Below are positions 1 through 13,933 of a DNA stretch of 64,000 nucleotides, piece after piece. Every line of letters starts with the position of its first letter. Position 1 is the first letter of the stretch. A program made the translations under genes and the position numbers. The notes under the pieces are model-generated. The model was not told where the DNA came from, did no database searches, and saw nothing but the letters and a program-made list of their open reading frames with translations. Source of the stretch: Deltaproteobacteria bacterium (lineage in GTDB: Bacteria > Desulfobacterota > Dissulfuribacteria > Dissulfuribacterales > UBA5754); contig JAINCN010000031.1 of the NCBI GenBank assembly GCA_036574075.1, forward strand, positions 386 through 64,385, in the 5' to 3' direction.

Positions 1-57
1 GCCTTGTCATCGAATGAAGTTCCTTTTTTAGATGTCTCCTAAATACCGAATGCGCGC

Positions 58-133
58 AGGCCAGTAGCTCTAACGGTAGAGCGCCGGACTCCAAATCCGA
101 GGGTTGGGGGTTCGAATCCCTCCTGGCCTGCCA
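58..133 (+). tRNA. tRNA-Trp (anticodon CCA)
   Basis: 76-nt cloverleaf read by eye. Acceptor AGGCCAG/CTGGCCT, D-arm GCTC..GAGC, anticodon loop CTCCAAA, T-arm GGGGG-TTCGAAT-CCCTC, encoded CCA end. It sits at the canonical position just upstream of secE-nusG. Confidence 0.93.
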
Positions 134-202
134 ATTGTTTTCGTGCTGTTTCTGTGGTAAAAGGTGCTTTTCCCCGAATGCCATCTGTAGCATTTTAAGA
201 CT

Positions 203-466
203 ATGGAAGAAAAAAAGAAGACTGCAAAACATACCTCGGGCGAAATTTCGGCCCAGGATGCCCGCAAAGGCATTACGGGATATGTGGAAGATCTCAAGGT
301 TTTTTTGAGCGAAACGAGGCTGGAGTTCGGAAAGATTCATTGGCCTACCCGTAAGGAAGCCACTTCCCTTTCCGCTGCTGTTCTCATGTTGACGTTATTT
401 TTTACAGCATATTTAGGGGTAGTGGACGGGCTGCTTTCGCGACTCGTCGGCATTCTCCTTCGCTGA
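203..466 (+). CDS. secE: preprotein translocase subunit SecE
   Basis: 87-aa ORF between tRNA-Trp and nusG. Carries the SecE-like FLSETRLEFGKIHWPTRKE segment followed by one TM helix (LSAAVLMLTLFFTAYLGVV). Confidence 0.9.
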   Translation: MEEKKKTAKHTSGEISAQDARKGITGYVEDLKVFLSETRLEFGKIHWPTRKEATSLSAAVLMLTLFFTAYLGVVDGLLSRLVGILLR

Positions 467-495
467 GACATTTCTCTGGAAACATCTTCAGACCA

Positions 496-1029
496 ATGGC
501 GCTCAAGTGGTACATAGTGCAGACTTATTCAGGTTTTGAAAATAGGGTCAAGCTTTCTCTTGAGGAGAGGGCGCGACAGTATGGGATGGAAGACCGCATT
601 GTCTCTGTCGTAGTTCCTACTGAAAAGGTGGTAGAGTTCATCGGTGGAGAGAAAAAGACCTCATCCCGAAAGGTTTACCCTGGTTATATCCTTGTGCGTA
701 TGGAATTTGATAAGGATACATGGCATCTCGTACAGGATACCCCAAAGGTGACCGGTTTTGTTGGAGGCCACGAGAATCCAGTACCCTTGAGCGATGAAGA
801 GGCAGAGCGCATCATCCATCAGATGGAGGAGCGGGCAACCAAGCCTGTCCCCAAATATACTTTTGAAAAAGGGGATCAAGTGGTCGTCGCTGATGGGCCC
901 TTTGCCAATTTTCGCGGGATCGTGGACGAGGTTAAGGCAGACAAGGGAAAGGTCAAGGTCCTGGTCTCGATTTTTGGCCGTTATACCTCAGTTGAGTTGG
1001 AATTTGCCCACGTCCAAAAGGCGAGCTGA
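496..1029 (+). CDS. nusG: transcription termination/antitermination factor NusG
   Basis: 177 aa with an NGN domain (KWYIVQTYSGFENRVK) and a KOW motif (GDQVVVADGPFANFRGIVDEV). Conserved secE-nusG-rplK order. Confidence 0.97.
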   Translation: MALKWYIVQTYSGFENRVKLSLEERARQYGMEDRIVSVVVPTEKVVEFIGGEKKTSSRKVYPGYILVRMEFDKDTWHLVQDTPKVTGFVGGHENPVPLSDEEAERIIHQMEERATKPVPKYTFEKGDQVVVADGPFANFRGIVDEVKADKGKVKVLVSIFGRYTSVELEFAHVQKAS

Positions 1030-1040
1030 ATATTGATATT

Positions 1041-1215
1041 CCTGAATCCGTGAGATATGCACTCAACCTTTCGATTTCACAGCATAAGCCTACGGCCGGG
1101 GTATTTGTGGAGTGAGGCGCCCATGGACGGGGCTCGAACGGCAAACCTGCCCCCATGGACGGGGGCTATTTGCCGCACGAAACAAATACCCCGGCCGTAG
1201 GCTCACGGATTCAGG
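1041..1215 (+). mobile_element. MITE-like repeat, copy 1 (175 bp)
   Basis: Perfect 14-bp TIR CCTGAATCCGTGAG / CTCACGGATTCAGG. Internal perfect 20-bp palindrome CCTACGGCCGGGGTATTTGT / ACAAATACCCCGGCCGTAGG. Flanked by direct GATATT (1035-1040 and 1216-1221). Near-identical copies lie at 21628, 30868 and 45122. Confidence 0.85.
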
Positions 1216-1275
1216 GATATTCTGAAGGATTTCCTATTACTGGGTATCTGCTGTTAAGGAACAAGGAGAATTATC

Positions 1276-1701
1276 ATGGCCAAAAAGATAACTGCATGCA
1301 TAAAGCTTCAGCTTCCAGCCGGGCAGGCGAATCCTTCACCCCCTGTCGGGCCTGCTCTCGGCCAGCACGGCGTCAATATCATGGAGTTTGTCAAGGCTTT
1401 TAACGCACGGACCCAGGACCAGGTCGGCATGATCATTCCCGTTGTCATTACCGTATATGCCGACCGTTCATTCAGTTTCGTTCTCAAGACCCCGCCTGCC
1501 GCTGTCCTGCTGAAAAAGGCTGCAAAGATTGAAAAGGGTTCCGGGGCCCCGAACAAAGATAAAGTGGGGAAGGTGACGCGCGCCCAGGTCGAGGAGATCG
1601 CAAGGCTCAAGATGCCTGATCTGACTGCCGGCAGCCTGGATGCAGCATACCGCACCATAGCGGGAACGGCCCGCAATATGGGCATAGAGATTGTGGATTA
1701 G
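1276..1701 (+). CDS. rplK: 50S ribosomal protein L11
   Basis: 141 aa with the hallmark [38 protein letters not shown] lies upstream. Confidence 0.98.
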   Translation: MAKKITACIKLQLPAGQANPSPPVGPALGQHGVNIMEFVKAFNARTQDQVGMIIPVVITVYADRSFSFVLKTPPAAVLLKKAAKIEKGSGAPNKDKVGKVTRAQVEEIARLKMPDLTAGSLDAAYRTIAGTARNMGIEIVD

Positions 1702-1716
1702 TGGGAGGATGGCAAC

Positions 1717-2421
1717 ATGTCGACCCATGGGAAAAAATACCGGGCTTTGAAGACCCAGATCGATACCACCTCAAAATATTCCATCCCGCAGGCTGTCGAT
1801 CTCGTCCTTGCATGTCAAAGGTGTAAGTTCGTGGAGAGCGTGGACGCTGCCCTCGTTTTGGGGGTTGATCCGCGCAAGGCGGATCAGAATATCCGTGGAT
1901 CTGTCGTACTCCCTCATGGAACGGGGAAGACTCCTCGCGTTCTTGTTTTTGCAAAGGCCGAAAAACAAAAAGAGGCTGAGGAGGCAGGTGCGGATTACGT
2001 TGGCGCCGAGGATTTGATCGAGAAGATCCAGGGTGGATGGCTTGACTTCGATAAGGTTATTGCAACACCTGACATCATGGGGCTAGTCGGTAGAGTTGCG
2101 AAGATACTAGGACCTCGCGGGCTTATGCCCAATGCAAAGACAGGATCTGTCACCTTTGACGTATCTAAGGCCGTTCGGGATCTCAAGGGTGGCAAGGTGG
2201 ATTTTCGGGTCGACAAGGCAGGAGTTATCCATGCACCCATTGGGCGAACGTCTTTTGAAAAAGAAAAGATAGAGGAGAATCTCGTATCGCTTGTGGAAGC
2301 CCTTGTCCGTCTGAAGCCTGCGAGCGCCAAGGGGACGTACATTCGGAGTGTCACACTTTCAACGACCATGGGGCCTGGGATAAAGATCGATCCTGCAGCA
2401 GTGAAGACACTCGGATCCTGA
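1717..2421 (+). CDS. rplA: 50S ribosomal protein L1
   Basis: 234 aa, L1 family ([22 protein letters not shown]). Follows rplK. Confidence 0.98.
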   Translation: MSTHGKKYRALKTQIDTTSKYSIPQAVDLVLACQRCKFVESVDAALVLGVDPRKADQNIRGSVVLPHGTGKTPRVLVFAKAEKQKEAEEAGADYVGAEDLIEKIQGGWLDFDKVIATPDIMGLVGRVAKILGPRGLMPNAKTGSVTFDVSKAVRDLKGGKVDFRVDKAGVIHAPIGRTSFEKEKIEENLVSLVEALVRLKPASAKGTYIRSVTLSTTMGPGIKIDPAAVKTLGS

Positions 2422-2574
2422 AGATTTCGATGCCAATTGGCGTCAAAGACAGTAGGTACACCAAGGTGTTTAATGGGGTATGTGCAACTCGCCGTACCCT
2501 ACCTACCGAGACTGGTGAGCCTCTGCCTTTCGCAGTGAATAACCAACTGCCTACGGCTGAAAGGGGGGATTAGA
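2422..2574 (+). promoter_or_regulatory. probable rplJ (L10) leader RNA
   Basis: 153-nt untranslated spacer between rplA and rplJ with several complementary segments (e.g. GTAGGTAC ... GTACCCTACCTAC). This is the position of the L10(L12)4 autoregulatory leader in other bacteria. No covariance-model search was possible. Confidence 0.35.
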
Positions 2575-3102
2575 TTGGCATTAAGCAAGGAAAAGAAGGA
2601 AGAGAAGGTCGCTGAGCTGAGAAAATTGTTTGAGATGGCACCGCTTGTCATCGTTGTCAGCCACCAGGATCTCAAGGTTTCAGACGCCGACGATTTTCGG
2701 CGTGCTCTCAGGGAGCACGGAGCAGTACTGAGGGCGGGCAAGAATACCCTTTTTGCCATTGCAGCCCGTGGAACCTCCAGTGAGGTGCTTACAAGGCATT
2801 TCGTTGGTCAAAAGGCCCTTGTTTTTGGGCAGGGCGATCCAGTGGCGATTTCGAAGGTTGTGGTCAATTTCGTCAAGGAACGTGCAGAATTCTTGAAGAT
2901 CCATGGCGCGGTCCTCAACGGATCGCTCATTGATGCAGAGGGTGTCACGGCCCTATCCCAGTTGCCGAGCCGCGATGTCCTTCTCGCCAAGCTCCTGTCC
3001 GTTCTGGTCGCGACGCCCAGGAATCTCGTTGGAGTCCTGAGCGGAATACCGCGTTCATTTTTGTACGTGCTCAAGTCATTAGAACAGCAAAAGTCTCTGT
3101 AG
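2575..3102 (+). CDS. rplJ: 50S ribosomal protein L10
   Basis: 175 aa, TTG start 6 nt after the GGGGGGA SD. L10 family sequence and conserved position. Confidence 0.95.
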   Translation: MALSKEKKEEKVAELRKLFEMAPLVIVVSHQDLKVSDADDFRRALREHGAVLRAGKNTLFAIAARGTSSEVLTRHFVGQKALVFGQGDPVAISKVVVNFVKERAEFLKIHGAVLNGSLIDAEGVTALSQLPSRDVLLAKLLSVLVATPRNLVGVLSGIPRSFLYVLKSLEQQKSL

Positions 3103-3385
3103 TTTCTGTATGATCGAACTCAAAAAAGGGAAAAATATGCCGTTCAAAAAATCAGGATTCAAGATGAGCACTTTCTGATTCATAGGGTATATCGCATGTA
3201 TATTGAAATGACGTAAGGATGCAGCTTGCAAATCTGTATGACAGTCGATTTGTTATGCCATAGGCTGAAGCCAAGGGTTGATGTCCAAGGAAGGACGCCA
3301 TGAACAAGGCATGGTTGGGTTTGTCCATCGGCATCAGTAATCAAAAAGAAAATAGACAAGATCTCGAGGAGGTTTTAATTTTGCC

Positions 3386-3775
3386 ATGGCCATTACACGG
3401 GAAGATGTGATTGACTTCATATCCAACATGACCGTTCTTGAGCTTTCCCAGCTCGTCAAGGAACTCGAGGACAAATTCGGGGTGACTGCTGCAGCGCCGG
3501 TTGCCATAGCTGCCGCTCCGAGTGCTGGAGCAGCTCCTGCTACTGAGGCTCCGGCCGAAGAAAAGACGGAGTTTACGGTCATTCTTACAGAAGTAGGCAG
3601 TCAGAAGATTAACGTCATCAAGGAAGTGCGCGCTGTCACCGGATTGGGTCTCAAGGAAGCCAAGGAACTTGTCGAGTCGGCCCCCAAGCCCATCAAGGAA
3701 TCCGTGTCCAAGGAAGAAGCCCAAAAGATCAAGGAGCAGGTGGAGAAAGCCGGCGCAAAGGTGGAGATCAAATAA
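3386..3775 (+). CDS. rplL: 50S ribosomal protein L7/L12
   Basis: 129 aa with an Ala/Pro hinge ([18 protein letters not shown]) and a conserved C-terminal domain ([24 protein letters not shown]). Confidence 0.98.
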   Translation: MAITREDVIDFISNMTVLELSQLVKELEDKFGVTAAAPVAIAAAPSAGAAPATEAPAEEKTEFTVILTEVGSQKINVIKEVRAVTGLGLKEAKELVESAPKPIKESVSKEEAQKIKEQVEKAGAKVEIK

Positions 3776-3831
3776 CCTGCTTTTTTGCTGATCGTCTTAA
3801 AACGAGGCTTAACAACCTTGCAAATCCATGA

Positions 3832-3895
3832 CCCGAAACGTTCGACTCGGGGCAGTAGCCCTGCGTCGAACGTTTCGGGATATTTTCATTTTTTG
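3832..3895 (+). terminator. rplL-rpoB intergenic attenuator/terminator hairpin
   Basis: 15-bp perfect stem CCCGAAACGTTCGAC / GTCGAACGTTTCGGG (3832-3846 / 3865-3879) followed by ATATTTTCATTTTTT. This is the same position as the partial terminator known between rplL and rpoB in E. coli. Confidence 0.6.
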
Positions 3896-3940
3896 CATCT
3901 GTTCATTTGACATAGATCCGTACACCGAGGCTGCCCACTC

Positions 3941-6900
3941 ATGAAAAAAGAAATAGTCTATCCTGTCAGGAAATCATTCGGACGTTCTATTCCTGTCATC
4001 GAGCATCCCCATCTCATCGAATTGCAGAAGAGATCGTACGAAAGATTTTTACATGGTGGGGAAAAGGGGGATATATTTGCGGATTCGGGCCTGGCGAAAG
4101 CCTTTAAAAGCGTATTTCCCATTGTTGATTTTACAGGGGCTTCTTCCCTCGAGTTCGTCAAATATTCAATCGGGGAGCCCAAGTTTTCTGTTGACGAATG
4201 TCTTTCACGCGGAGCGACTTATGAGGCGCCCGTCAAGATCGTCGTTCGTCTCATTTCCTACGACGTTGACAAGGAAAGCGGCATACAGAGCATTCGAGAC
4301 ATCAAGGAACAAGAAATCTATTTTGGAACCATCCCGCTGATGACCTCAACAGGGACTTTTGTCATCAACGGGGCCGAGCGGGTTGTAGTGAGCCAACTTC
4401 AGCGTTCTCCCGGGGTCTTTTTTGATCACGACCAAGGGAAAACACATGCGAGTGGAAAGGTCCTTTACAGTGCCCGCATTATACCGGTCAGGGGTTCGTG
4501 GCTGGATTTCGAATTCGACGCAAAGGATATCCTTTATGTGAGGATCGATAGGAGGAGAAAGTTTCCCGTCACAATCCTGCTGAAGGCCATCGGAATCGAA
4601 AATATTCTGGAAAGTTTTTATCTTTTCGACATATATCAATTTGACGGTCCTCTTCTTTATCGAAGGGCGGATGCGAGGATCCTTGCTGGACAGAAGGCAT
4701 CCTTCGATATCGTCCATCCCGAGTCGGGCAACGTCCTTGTGAAAAAGGGGAACAAGATTTCCAAGACTGCACTCAAAAAGTTTGAGGAGCTGGGCATTAC
4801 TCGTATACCTGCCGATCCTGAAGATCTCATAGGCAAGATCACCGCACGCGATCTCGTCGATCCTTCCACCGGGGAGGTCATAATTTCGGAAAACACCCCC
4901 CTTTCCGAGGAGGATATCCGGCGCATTCAGGAGCATGGGATCGCGGACATTCCTGTCCTTTTCATCGAGAGTGGAAAGGTGAGTTCATCCATTCGTGACA
5001 CCCTTGCCCTCGACAAGACCAGGAATCGCGATGAGGCCATTGTCGATATCTACCGGCGGCTTCGTCCCAGCAGTCCCCTCATCCTCGAGGTAGCGGAAAA
5101 ATACTTCCAGACCCTCTTTTTTAAGCCCGAAACCTACGATCTTTCTGAGGTGGGGCGATACAAGATAAACGAACGCCTTGGTTTGTCCGTTCCGCTCACC
5201 GAAACGGTTCTTTCACCCAATGACATTTTTCTGACTGTGAAGGAATTGGTCCGACTTAAGGATGAACGCGGCCCGGTGGATGACATCGATCACTTAGGCA
5301 ACCGCCGCATTCGTACAGTCGGAGAGCTCATCGAAAATCAGTACCGCATCGGGCTGGTCCGTATGGAAAGGGCCATCAAGGAGCGTATGACCCTCCAGGA
5401 GGTCGAGACGCTCATGCCCAACGATCTCGTCAACCCAAAGCCAGTGAGCTCGGTCATCAAGGAGTTTTTTGGCTCGAGTCAGCTTTCCCAGTTCATGGAT
5501 CAGACCAATCCCCTCTCCGAGATCACTCACAAACGCCGCCTTTCCGCCCTGGGGCCCGGAGGTCTTTCCCGGGAGCGGGCCGGTTTCGAGGTCCGTGATG
5601 TCCATCCCACTCATTACGGCAGGATCTGCCCCATTGAGACGCCTGAAGGTCCCAATATCGGACTAATCGTCTCGCTGAGTTCATATGCGCGTGTAAATGA
5701 CTACGGTTTTATCGAGACTCCCTACCAAATCGTCAAAGATCGCGTGGTCACGGAAGAAGTCCGGTATCTTACCGCCTCCGAGGAGGAAAAAGAGACCATC
5801 GCCCCGGCCACTATCGAGAAGGATCCGTCCGGCAGGCTCGTATCCGATTTCGTAGGCGCCCGCAAAAAAGGGGAGTTTCTCATGGTATCAGCGGAGGAGA
5901 TCACTGCAGTGGACGTTGCGCCGAATCAGATGGTGAGCGTTGCTGCGAGTCTTATTCCGTTCCTTGAAAACGACGACGCCAACCGCGCCCTCATGGGATC
6001 GAACATGCAGCGGCAGGCTGTCCCCCTTTTGGTCTCTGATCCCCCCATCGTGGGGACCGGTATGGAGAAGATCGTCGCTAGGGATTCGGGTGTTTCCATC
6101 GTGGCAAAAAGGGATGGGTGGATTGAGGACGTGGATGCAACCCGCGTTGTCGTCGGCTACGACGAGGACGAGTCTATGGACCTCCCCGTGGAGGTCGAGA
6201 TCCACAAACTGACCAAATATCGCAAGTCAAACCAGATGACAACACTCAACCAGAAGCCCGTGGTCATCCCCGGCCAAAGGGTTCGGAAAGGGGATATCTT
6301 AGTCGACGGTCCGTCAACTCATCAGGGTGAACTGGCCCTCGGAAAGAATGTCCTCGTGGCCTTCATGCCGTGGCGCGGTTACAACTTCGAGGACGCCATC
6401 ATCGTCAGCGAACGAATCGTCAAGGAAGATATCTTCACATCCGTCCATATCGAGGAATTCGAGGTGGATGCCAGGGATACCAAGCTCGGCCGGGAAGAGA
6501 TTACCCGGGATATCCCGAACGTGGGGGAAGATGCCCTCAAAAATCTGGATGACAGCGGCATCATCCGGCTCGGGGCCGAGGTGAAGCCAGGAGATATACT
6601 CGTGGGAAAGGTCACGCCAAAGGGTGAGACCATACTCTCTCCCGAGGAGAAGCTCTTGCGGGCGATTTTTGGAGAAAAGGCAAGCGATGTGAAGGACACC
6701 TCTCTTCGGGTCCCGCCGGGTATTGAGGGCGTGGTCATGGACGTCAAGATCTTCACCAGGAAGGGCATTGAAAAGGATGCGCGCGCCCAGGCCATCGAGG
6801 ATCTTGAGCTTGCCCGAATACAGAAGGACATGGCCGACGAACTCAATGTCATCAGACGAAGTGCGGTCGGCAAGCTCGCCCACCATCTCAAGGGCAAAAG

Positions 6901-8026
6901 GGTCGCGATTCCCGTAAAGGACAGCAGGGACAGGGTCCTTCTCGATGTCGGCGAGGACATAACGTTTGAACGCCTCATGAAGATCCCCATGCATCGGTTT
7001 CGGGACCTCATACTCGAGGGGGGGAGAAAGATCGATCCAGCCGTAGCAGATGTCATTGACTGGTACGAGCGTGAAGACGAAAGGATTCGTTCCGCCTTTG
7101 AGGCAAAGATCGAGAGACTAAAGAAGGGAGATGAACTGCCCCCTGGGGTCGTCAAGATCGTTCGTGTCTATATCGCCATGAAAAGGAAGCTTTCCGTCGG
7201 GGACAAGATGGCGGGTAGGCATGGTAACAAGGGCGTGGTTTCCAAGATTGTACCCATTGAGGACATGCCCTATTTCGCAGATGGGACCCCGGTCGACATC
7301 ATTTTGAATCCCTTGGGTGTGCCGTCCCGTATGAACGTCGGCCAGATTCTCGAGGTCCATTTGGGGTGGGCAGCGCGGAAACTCGGAGAGCAGATTGCAG
7401 AACTTGCCAGAAAGGCAGATCTCGAGGGTGTCCGAAAGAGGCTTGCGGAGATCTACAGCCCGTCCGAGGTAGAAGGGCTTCTCGCTGGAAAGGACGAGGC
7501 TTGGATCCGGGACCTCGCCTATTCTCTTGAACGGGGTGTGCCGGTCGCAACACCTGTCTTCGACGGGGTCTCCGAGGAGACCGTGCGAAGGCTCCTCGTT
7601 GCGGCAGGGCAGTCCGAACTCGGGCAGGTCACCCTATACGACGGACGGACAGGTGAGCCGTTTGCAAGTCCGGTCACGGTCGGAGTCATGTACATGCTCA
7701 AACTGCATCACCTTGTAGACGACAAGATCCATGCCCGCTCTACAGGTCCCTATTCCCTTGTGACACAGCAGCCCCTTGGCGGAAAGGCCCAGTTCGGAGG
7801 GCAGCGCCTCGGGGAGATGGAGGTCTGGGCTATGGAGGCCTACGGGGCTGCGTTCGCCCTCCAGGAGTTTTTGACCGTCAAGTCGGACGACGTAGCCGGG
7901 AGGTCTCGCATGTACGAGCGCATAGTCAAGGGCAACAACTTCCTCGAGGCAGGGCTTCCTGAATCTTTCAACGTGCTCGTGAAGGAATTGCAGGGGCTCT
8001 GCATGGATATGGATCTGATCGAATAG
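3941..8026 (+). CDS. rpoB: DNA-directed RNA polymerase subunit beta
   Basis: 1361 aa with conserved RpoB blocks ([34 protein letters not shown]). Confidence 0.99.
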   Translation: MKKEIVYPVRKSFGRSIPVIEHPHLIELQKRSYERFLHGGEKGDIFADSGLAKAFKSVFPIVDFTGASSLEFVKYSIGEPKFSVDECLSRGATYEAPVKIVVRLISYDVDKESGIQSIRDIKEQEIYFGTIPLMTSTGTFVINGAERVVVSQLQRSPGVFFDHDQGKTHASGKVLYSARIIPVRGSWLDFEFDAKDILYVRIDRRRKFPVTILLKAIGIENILESFYLFDIYQFDGPLLYRRADARILAGQKASFDIVHPESGNVLVKKGNKISKTALKKFEELGITRIPADPEDLIGKITARDLVDPSTGEVIISENTPLSEEDIRRIQEHGIADIPVLFIESGKVSSSIRDTLALDKTRNRDEAIVDIYRRLRPSSPLILEVAEKYFQTLFFKPETYDLSEVGRYKINERLGLSVPLTETVLSPNDIFLTVKELVRLKDERGPVDDIDHLGNRRIRTVGELIENQYRIGLVRMERAIKERMTLQEVETLMPNDLVNPKPVSSVIKEFFGSSQLSQFMDQTNPLSEITHKRRLSALGPGGLSRERAGFEVRDVHPTHYGRICPIETPEGPNIGLIVSLSSYARVNDYGFIETPYQIVKDRVVTEEVRYLTASEEEKETIAPATIEKDPSGRLVSDFVGARKKGEFLMVSAEEITAVDVAPNQMVSVAASLIPFLENDDANRALMGSNMQRQAVPLLVSDPPIVGTGMEKIVARDSGVSIVAKRDGWIEDVDATRVVVGYDEDESMDLPVEVEIHKLTKYRKSNQMTTLNQKPVVIPGQRVRKGDILVDGPSTHQGELALGKNVLVAFMPWRGYNFEDAIIVSERIVKEDIFTSVHIEEFEVDARDTKLGREEITRDIPNVGEDALKNLDDSGIIRLGAEVKPGDILVGKVTPKGETILSPEEKLLRAIFGEKASDVKDTSLRVPPGIEGVVMDVKIFTRKGIEKDARAQAIEDLELARIQKDMADELNVIRRSAVGKLAHHLKGKRVAIPVKDSRDRVLLDVGEDITFERLMKIPMHRFRDLILEGGRKIDPAVADVIDWYEREDERIRSAFEAKIERLKKGDELPPGVVKIVRVYIAMKRKLSVGDKMAGRHGNKGVVSKIVPIEDMPYFADGTPVDIILNPLGVPSRMNVGQILEVHLGWAARKLGEQIAELARKADLEGVRKRLAEIYSPSEVEGLLAGKDEAWIRDLAYSLERGVPVATPVFDGVSEETVRRLLVAAGQSELGQVTLYDGRTGEPFASPVTVGVMYMLKLHHLVDDKIHARSTGPYSLVTQQPLGGKAQFGGQRLGEMEVWAMEAYGAAFALQEFLTVKSDDVAGRSRMYERIVKGNNFLEAGLPESFNVLVKELQGLCMDMDLIE

Positions 8027-8138
8027 ACGAGCTGTGTGTTTCGGCCGTCTTTATCGTGTCGAATCGTCGCCAGTCACGGTAAACGCGGGAAGGAAGATAC
8101 CCGCATGCCCAAAAGCCTAAAGAGGTCAAAGAGACGCC

Positions 8139-12208
<4,070 letters not shown>

Positions 12209-12212
<4 letters not shown>

Positions 12213-12931
12213 ACGGATTCGATTATATGGGAGTCAGGATCCCGCCGGAGGTCCAGGAGATTTTCGTCCGGCTCCAGACCCGCTACGAGATCGAATTCGA
12301 GCCCATCGTCATTCGGGATCGCCGTTTTCGGTTCATGACGCTCAAGAACATCGAGCCACTCATCGCTGGAAAGGATCTCTTTGCCGAATCCCTCGAGTTC
12401 CCATTTTGGGTGAAGATCTGGGAATCATCTACCGTTCTCGCGGATTTTCTCGCCCGCATGGAACCAGTTTCCGAAAGGCGCATCCTCGAGATAGGGGCCG
12501 GGCTCGGTGTCTGCGGCATCGTTGCGGCCGCCTTTGGGCACCGGGCGGTCATCACCGACTACGAAGAGGAGATCCTGGATTTTGCGCGGGTCTCCGCTGC
12601 GGTCAACGGGTGCGGAGGCATCCTATGTCAGAAGCTCGACTGGTTGCACCCGGCGGACATAGGAAAGTTCGAGATGATCGTCGGCTCCGAGGTCCTCTTC
12701 CATCCCAGTTTTTTCGAGCCCATCCTCCATGTCTTCAGGACCTGTCTTGCTCCTGGAGGGACCATCTATCTGGCCCACGATGTACGGCGAAAGAGTCTCG
12801 CCGGTTTCCTTCCCCTCTGCGAGCGGGAGTATGACATCGCTGTGCAGAGACGTAAACTCAGCTCCGGAGACGAGACCTACGACATCCTCCTGACCCGGCT
12901 TGTTCCGAAAGATGGCCCAAGGGCCTCCTGA
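12209..12931 (+). CDS. class I SAM-dependent methyltransferase, protein-lysine MTase (Methyltransf_16)-like
   Basis: 240 aa with motif [15 protein letters not shown] followed by VITDYEEE. The ATG overlaps the rpoC stop (ATGA at 12209-12212). Family assignment is by motif pattern only. Confidence 0.7.
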
Positions 12932-13553
12932 CGTGGGCACGGAAAGCGAATACGCGGCATCATGCCGAAAGAAATTATGGCAAGAGGTGTTCCGAATCGA
13001 ACTCGCGTATCTCGCAAGGCATCTGGAGGGGTGCCGGGATGTCCTGAGTGTGGGCTGTGGGCCGGCGATCATCGAGGGCGGACTTGCGGAGCTGGGGTTT
13101 CGGGTAACGGGGCTCGATGTATCCCGCGAGGCCCTCAGGTACGCCCCTGACACGGTGCATACCGTGGTTGCCCGAGCAGAGGACATGCCCTTTCCGGCAG
13201 ATTCCTTCGATGCCGTCATCTCTGTCGTATCCCTCCAGTTTCTGGACGACTGGCGCCTGGCCCTGGAAAAGATGCGTTGGGTCCTGCGTCCCTGCGGCAG
13301 GATCATCCTGTTGCTGCTCAACCCGGATTCGGATTTTTTCCGGAGGAAGTCCCGTGATCCTGACTCCTATATTTCCAAGATTCGGCACGTGGATCTAACG
13401 GCCATCGAGGAGGTGGTTGCACAGGGCTTTTCTATCGTTACAGAATATTTTCTTCGTATTGACGGCGAAACGGTCAGCGCGGAATCGGGTGGACGGGACG
13501 CGGTCTTGTATATCATCCGAGGGACGAAGAGAAAGACGGCCCTTTCGCGGTAA
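12900..13553 (+). CDS. class I SAM-dependent methyltransferase (Methyltransf_11-like)
   Basis: 217 aa with motif I VLSVGCGPA, then GLDVS and the post-I/II pattern DSFDAVISVVSLQF...LRPCGRIILL. Start is uncertain: TTG 12900 or ATG 12912. Overlaps the preceding gene. Confidence 0.75.
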   Translation: MFRKMAQGPPDVGTESEYAASCRKKLWQEVFRIELAYLARHLEGCRDVLSVGCGPAIIEGGLAELGFRVTGLDVSREALRYAPDTVHTVVARAEDMPFPADSFDAVISVVSLQFLDDWRLALEKMRWVLRPCGRIILLLLNPDSDFFRRKSRDPDSYISKIRHVDLTAIEEVVAQGFSIVTEYFLRIDGETVSAESGGRDAVLYIIRGTKRKTALSR

Positions 13554-13594
13554 CCGGCCTGGAAAGGTCATGGCGCCGTCTTTTCGAGGGGTCC

Positions 13595-13855
13595 TTATTT
13601 CTTATAGCCCGGGAGTTCAAAGGTGCTGCAACTTCCGGATCCGCAGGTTCGATGCCGAATCTTCGGCGTGTCAGCAGATGCGCCGCCTGATGGCTGGGCG
13701 TTATTCCCGGCGCCGACGTTGGCCGCGCTCATGAGTTTTACTACTTCGGGACTTTGGCAACGGGGGCATAACAGCTCCTTCATCTCCTCCTTGCTCATAA
13801 GAAGGATCTCAAAGGTATAATCGCAACTTTGGCAGCGGAATTCGTGTATGGGCAT
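13595..13855 (-). CDS. FmdB-family zinc-ribbon protein
   Basis: The real start is the internal ATG at 13855 (SD AAGGGAGGA upstream), giving 86 aa MPIHEFRCQSCDYTFE...CPRCQS. This is the typical FmdB CxxC..CxxC ribbon. The 112-aa ORF in the track is a 5' over-extension. Confidence 0.75.
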   Translation of the reverse strand: MPIHEFRCQSCDYTFEILLMSKEEMKELLCPRCQSPEVVKLMSAANVGAGNNAQPSGGASADTPKIRHRTCGSGSCSTFELPGYKK

Positions 13856-13879
13856 GGGGGATCCTCCCTTTAGGACAAA

Positions 13880-13911
13880 GAAAAAGGGGAGGTTGTCCCT
13901 CCCCCTTTTTT
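13880..13911 (-). terminator. rho-independent terminator downstream of the OM protein gene
   Basis: On the minus strand: AGGGGAGG-GACA-ACCTCCCCT hairpin followed by TTTTTCTTTG, immediately after the stop at 13934. Confidence 0.6.
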
Positions 13912-13933
13912 TGGCTTGTATTCTTGGAATCAT

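Noticed and set aside
953-1403. ORFs spanning MITE copies (953-1156, 1155-1403, 21664-21951, 21699-22214, 30570-31235, 30757-31119, 45181-45615) that share peptides such as PWTGLERQIRPHGRGLFAARNKYPGRRLTDSG.
   Set aside because: The shared peptide is only the translation of the repeated palindromic element. The ORFs differ outside the repeat and overlap real genes.
3137-3385. Tiny ORFs (13 aa and 37 aa) in the rplJ-rplL spacer.
   Set aside because: They have no SD, one overlaps the rplL start, and they are too short to support without conservation data.
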